From: Candidatus Altimarinota bacterium
GTDB lineage: Bacteria > Patescibacteriota > Gracilibacteria > UBA1369
NCBI GenBank assembly: GCA_963677745.1
Contig: OY782391.1
Span: forward strand, 512,001-576,000
Reading direction: 5' to 3'
DNA: 64,000 bases
The notes beneath the pieces were generated by a model that was not told the DNA's origin, made no database searches, and saw only the letters and a program-made list of their open reading frames with translations. Position numbers and translations under genes: made by a program. Positions within the stretch are counted from its first letter, which is position 1. Each line of letters opens with the position of its first letter. Shown piece after piece: positions 60,220-64,000 of this stretch.

Positions 60220-60689
60220 GATTTATTTTTCTTATTCAAAATATGTTCGGAAACTTTCCGGTTCAATTTGGCGTAACCGGCCAGTTCCCTGTCATTAAGT
60301 ATTTTAAACATGGATTCAAAACGACCAAGCATAGCTTTCTTCATTCTGTTCATTTCCCTGCCGCAACCGGCAGTCAGCCCCAGTTTCAAAAAACGGCGGT
60401 CCTTCGTATCGGCTTTTCTGGTCAGATAACCGCTTTGCACCAGCCCTTCCACCATTTGTGTGGCGGCGCTGGCGCTGACCCCGAGCGTCCCGGCCAGTTC
60501 CTTGATACTCAGTTTTGACCCGGCTTTCACCGCCGCCAGCACCGCCCACTGGGAATGCGTGATGGAACCGGCAGAGGAAACCTTGGAGTCCCTGCCCGAC
60601 TGCTTTTTCGCGGCTTGATAAGCCAAATTATGCTTGATTGTCCATAAAGACTGCATAATTGTCTCGATGTTTTCTTTTCTGACGGTCAA
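60216..60689 (-). CDS. MarR-family regulator
   Basis: ITHSQWAVL, ELA-x-x-LGVS-x-SAAT, DRR; TTG start. Confidence 0.9.
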   Translation of the reverse strand: MTVRKENIETIMQSLWTIKHNLAYQAAKKQSGRDSKVSSAGSITHSQWAVLAAVKAGSKLSIKELAGTLGVSASAATQMVEGLVQSGYLTRKADTKDRRFLKLGLTAGCGREMNRMKKAMLGRFESMFKILNDRELAGYAKLNRKVSEHILNKKNKS

Positions 60690-60700
60690 AATAAAATCAA

Positions 60701-60729
60701 TTAAGTTACTTAACGCATAAGCATCTTAA
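60701..60729. promoter_or_regulatory. Tandem palindromic MarR operator
   Basis: ttaagttacttaa (60701-60713) and ataagcatcttaa (60717-60729) just upstream of marR. Confidence 0.6.
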
Positions 60730-60759
60730 CCATTATTCCGGATCGGTCAAGAAACAAGA

Positions 60760-61683
60760 TCAGGACTTTTTATAAAAACGTTTTCTACCTTTCCCTTCGG
60801 CCAGATTGGAGTACTTTCTGAATTCACAGCCGACCCCCTCCCAATTCTCGGCGGACAGCCGCACCGGCTCACCGTGGAATTGCAAATAAGGAAAGTCCGG
60901 AATTGTTTCCCCGGGCAACAATTGGCATAATTCCTCCCCTTCAATCCGGCTGTTCAGCCTGCGCATGGTCGGTTTCGAACCGGGGCCTATCGGAAACCTC
61001 GCAAAAAGATCAATCAGTTCCGGATATTGATAGGCAGTATCGATCAGCACTTCCGTCCACAAAAAATGGAGTCGCACCGCGAAAACCGGCAGAATCCTTT
61101 CCAGCCCTTCGCACACACTGACGTCCCTGAAGGTTTTGACAATCGCGGCAACTCTTTTCATTACCGTCGGCAGATAAAAACAAAGGAACTTTTCCCTGGT
61201 CGGATAATCCCCCCTGAGAATTGTCGAAACGGGAAAAACATAAGCATTTCCAAAACGGGGTTTATCCAGAACCATCAGTTTTTCATAGACGGACCGGTTG
61301 TTTTTTTCGTCATAACTGATCAGCCCGACTTTCCGCACGGTTTCCGGCCGGCAAATCATCCGGCAGAAAAACATATTAAGCAGCCACAGATCAAAATCTT
61401 CCCGCATCCCGGCCAACATCCGGTGATATTCAATCGTTTGCCGGTCCAGTTCCCTGTAAATATTACAAAACTTGAATTTCTCCAGAACCGGATCGTTCGT
61501 CCACGGTCTCTCCACCCCCAGCTGTCGTTTTTCCCAAATCATCATCCTTTCCCCGGCAAATCGTCCAATCTTTAAAAAAAGTTCCCGGTCCAGTTCAAAC
61601 GTTGCCTTTTCTTTCGCAGCCCCCGCCAGAACATGTTTATTCCAATGCCGGTATAAATCCGCTATATCTTGTGGAATCTCCAT
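60760..61683 (-). CDS. 5-hmdU DNA-modification protein (PF18723-like: aGPT-Pplase1 / HMUDK helical domain)
   Basis: ER-x-x-I...PWTNDPVL-x-x-FKFCNIYRELDR, FGNAY, GPGS, CEFRKY; start is ATG 61683, not 61878. Confidence 0.8.
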   Translation of the reverse strand: MEIPQDIADLYRHWNKHVLAGAAKEKATFELDRELFLKIGRFAGERMMIWEKRQLGVERPWTNDPVLEKFKFCNIYRELDRQTIEYHRMLAGMREDFDLWLLNMFFCRMICRPETVRKVGLISYDEKNNRSVYEKLMVLDKPRFGNAYVFPVSTILRGDYPTREKFLCFYLPTVMKRVAAIVKTFRDVSVCEGLERILPVFAVRLHFLWTEVLIDTAYQYPELIDLFARFPIGPGSKPTMRRLNSRIEGEELCQLLPGETIPDFPYLQFHGEPVRLSAENWEGVGCEFRKYSNLAEGKGRKRFYKKS

Positions 61684-61717
61684 GAAAATATATAATTGAA
61701 TTACGTCACTACCGACT

Positions 61718-62524
61718 ATGTTAACCATTGTTGCCGACAATGCCAATGATTTGTTCATCAAAGCCAGCCGGCTGCTGCTTAAACAAGGTCTTAAACGCGT
61801 CACCCGGGATCTAGAAACTCTGGAAACCCCCGATGAAATCTGCCTAACCCTGACCGACCCGGCCAAAAGTCTGATCACTCTTCCTCCACGCCATCCCGAC
61901 CTTAAAAAATATCAATACCTGGAAGCCGAACTGAAATGGTATTTGAGCGGTTCCTTGGAAGTCGCCCCAATCCTGCCCTACTCCGGCTTCTGGAAACAGA
62001 TCTGCAACGATAACCAGACCGTCAATTCCAATTACGGACATTATGCCTTTTTTCAAAAAACCAAGGGCTTGTCGCAATTCGACTGGTGCCTGGAAAAGCT
62101 GAAAAAGGACCCCTACTCCCGACAAGCCGTCATCAATTTTAATCAGCCCTTTCATAAATATCCCGGCAACAAGGATTTTGTCTGTACCATGGGCCAGCAA
62201 TTTATCTTCCGTCAGGGACGGCTGGACTCGGTGGTCTGGATGAGATCCAACGATCTGATTTACGGAACAACCTTCAATCTGCCCTGGTTTGCCTATTTGC
62301 ATCAGAGAATGGCGGAAACCTTGGGAACGCCCCTCGGCAAATACAGTCATATAGCCAGCACTCTGCACGTTTACGAAAAGCATTATTCCCTGCTCCAGGC
62401 ACTTGCCTGTTACCAGGTCACCCCCGCCGACCGCCGGCAGGCACGACGGATCTGGTCGCTCTGGCAGGACTTCATTCACGAAAAATCTCCGGACTTTGCC
62501 GGTCGGATCAGAATCCCCTCCTGA
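61718..62524 (+). CDS. Thymidylate-synthase-fold enzyme, probable dUMP hydroxymethylase
   Basis: AELKWYLSG, VNSNYG, SRQAVI, KDFVCT, MRSND, GTTFN, LHVYEKH. Confidence 0.8.
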   Translation: MLTIVADNANDLFIKASRLLLKQGLKRVTRDLETLETPDEICLTLTDPAKSLITLPPRHPDLKKYQYLEAELKWYLSGSLEVAPILPYSGFWKQICNDNQTVNSNYGHYAFFQKTKGLSQFDWCLEKLKKDPYSRQAVINFNQPFHKYPGNKDFVCTMGQQFIFRQGRLDSVVWMRSNDLIYGTTFNLPWFAYLHQRMAETLGTPLGKYSHIASTLHVYEKHYSLLQALACYQVTPADRRQARRIWSLWQDFIHEKSPDFAGRIRIPS

Positions 62525-62602
62525 AACCTCCCGGTCTGCGGCCGCGTCATTTGCCTTTTGACAGGTATTGTCTCAGAATAGCCGCGATTATTTCACATTG
62601 TC

Positions 62603-63694
62603 ATGACTAAAAAAATCCTGCCGGTCGAGTTCCCGCGCGACAACCAGTCGCATCGTTCCATCATTGAATGGTGGTATTATAACGGTCACCTGTGGGACAA
62701 AGAGGGCAATCATTACTCATTCATGGACTGTCTGTTCCAGGCCGACCTCAAGAAAGTCCAAATCCCCTTTCTCAGAAAAATTCCGGTTAAGGAGGACTCC
62801 AATTTTATATATTTTGCCCATTCGATCGTCTCTGATCTGAAAAAGAAAAAAACCTATCGGGAAATTCAGAATATCTCGATGCTCTCCCGCGACAGTTTCA
62901 AACGTCCCCTGTTGTTTGCCAACTATATCGACCCGCTGATCATCCGTGGCTATGCCAACTGTGAAATAGCCGAAACCGGCCCCTTCAATTTTCATCTCAA
63001 AACCGAACTGCTAGATCTGCATCTGGAATCACGGAAACAGCCTCTGATGGAAGGCGGACAGGGTTATATTTCCGTCTGCGGACGGGAAAGCTATTATTAT
63101 TCCCTGACCGATCTGCGGGTCAAAGGAGTAATCACCATCGAAAACCGGTTGATTGAGGTGGAAGGACAGGCCTGGATGGATCATCAGTGGGCGGACTGCT
63201 CTTACCGAAAAGACAAATGGAGCTGGTTTGCGCTGCAATTGGAAGATCACACCGAAATCATGTGCGTGGAATACGACGACGGAACAAACCGCGATTATCT
63301 GGTCGACATTATTTATTCCGACGGCCGGCAGGAACATCTGAACAAACTGATTTTACGGCCCGGAAAAGAAGTCTGGACCAGCAAGGAGACCAAATCGGAA
63401 TATCCAATGACCTGGGAACTGGAAATCCCCGACCGGAAAATGGTTTTCCGCGTAAAATCTCTGATTCACGATCAGGAAATGATTTTCGGCGCCATCAATT
63501 ACTGGGAAGGCCCCACAGGAATTTCCGGTGAAATTGACGGCAGAAAAGTAAAGGGCCTGGGTTTCATGGAGCTGGTGGGATTTGCCTCGGACTACCATTA
63601 TCTGAGCCTGTTGGGGAAAAGAGTCAACCGTGAAATTATGAAACGGCTGCGGGCATCCAATAAGTGGATTATCAAAAAGGTCAGCGGGAAATAG
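62603..63694 (+). CDS. AttH/CrtC-like lipocalin-fold protein
   Basis: FPRD-x-x-x-H...EWWYYNG, SYYYS, G-x-AWMDHQW, WSWF, YWEG, GFMELVG. Confidence 0.85.
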   Translation: MTKKILPVEFPRDNQSHRSIIEWWYYNGHLWDKEGNHYSFMDCLFQADLKKVQIPFLRKIPVKEDSNFIYFAHSIVSDLKKKKTYREIQNISMLSRDSFKRPLLFANYIDPLIIRGYANCEIAETGPFNFHLKTELLDLHLESRKQPLMEGGQGYISVCGRESYYYSLTDLRVKGVITIENRLIEVEGQAWMDHQWADCSYRKDKWSWFALQLEDHTEIMCVEYDDGTNRDYLVDIIYSDGRQEHLNKLILRPGKEVWTSKETKSEYPMTWELEIPDRKMVFRVKSLIHDQEMIFGAINYWEGPTGISGEIDGRKVKGLGFMELVGFASDYHYLSLLGKRVNREIMKRLRASNKWIIKKVSGK

Positions 63695-63808
63695 GCATCA
63701 CCAAAAACATCCGCGAACCGCCCCTGCCGTTTATCAAGAATTTGAATTGGGATTTATTAAACTCTCCGGCTGAGATACAATTTACCCAACAACATTAGCC
63801 GAAAAATC

Positions 63809-64000
63809 ATGGTTGAAAACTCCAATCGGGAAAATCCGACACCCGACAGTCCACAGGCTTTCGAAGATTTAAACATCGTCCTGAACGGCCGGACTGTAAA
63901 CAATCAGAGTGAAATACCTCCGGAAGTCAGTCAAAAACTGGAGGAAGCTTTCACCAAACTCCGGCAAAATCCCGGTCTGTTCAACATGATCGGTGGACTG
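63809..64000 (+). CDS. Hypothetical protein, 3'-truncated by the window edge
   Basis: ATG 63809 opens a frame to the window end (MVENSNRENPTPDSPQAFEDL...). Confidence 0.55.
   Translation, partial: MVENSNRENPTPDSPQAFEDLNIVLNGRTVNNQSEIPPEVSQKLEEAFTKLRQNPGLFNMIGGL

Noticed and set aside
61684-61878. N-terminal extension of the 372-aa ORF
   Set aside because: It overlaps the divergent TS-fold gene; family similarity begins after ATG 61683.
1-64000. Genetic code 25 (UGA=Gly) as in some Gracilibacteria
   Set aside because: Conserved genes (ndk, M16 peptidase, MacB permease) end at TGA at their expected C-termini, and no conserved gene is interrupted by TGA.

Overview
Gene-dense 64 kb bacterial chromosomal segment in standard genetic code (TGA closes well-bounded genes such as ndk). 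It looks like a Patescibacteria/CPR genome, probably Peregrinibacteria-like; this is inferred from AT-rich SD-less start regions, several SLH surface proteins, a split transketolase and many orphan ORFs. 1-4030: the 3' part of a GC-rich, myxobacterial-style Cys-rich repeat protein with a multi-hairpin trailer. 4.1-38 kb: mostly housekeeping and envelope genes (rpe, rpiB, a degenerate split transketolase, lepB, ndk, pyrD, M16 peptidase, PBP, MacAB-type exporter, rpmG, a cohesin/dockerin pair, an ECF sigma module) and tRNA-Arg(GCG). 38-50 kb: an HNH gene, tRNA-Thr(GGT) and a run of accessory genes (HD hydrolase, two giant SLH proteins, a kinase) punctuated by a recurring ~33-bp att-like motif. 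50-64 kb: many nucleotide-processing enzymes, ending in a divergent pair of a phage-type dUMP hydroxymethylase-like gene and a 5-hmdU-DNA-modifying (PF18723-like) gene with no phage context. No CRISPR array, rRNA, integrase or reverse transcriptase was seen. All family calls come from motif recognition by eye, not database searches.
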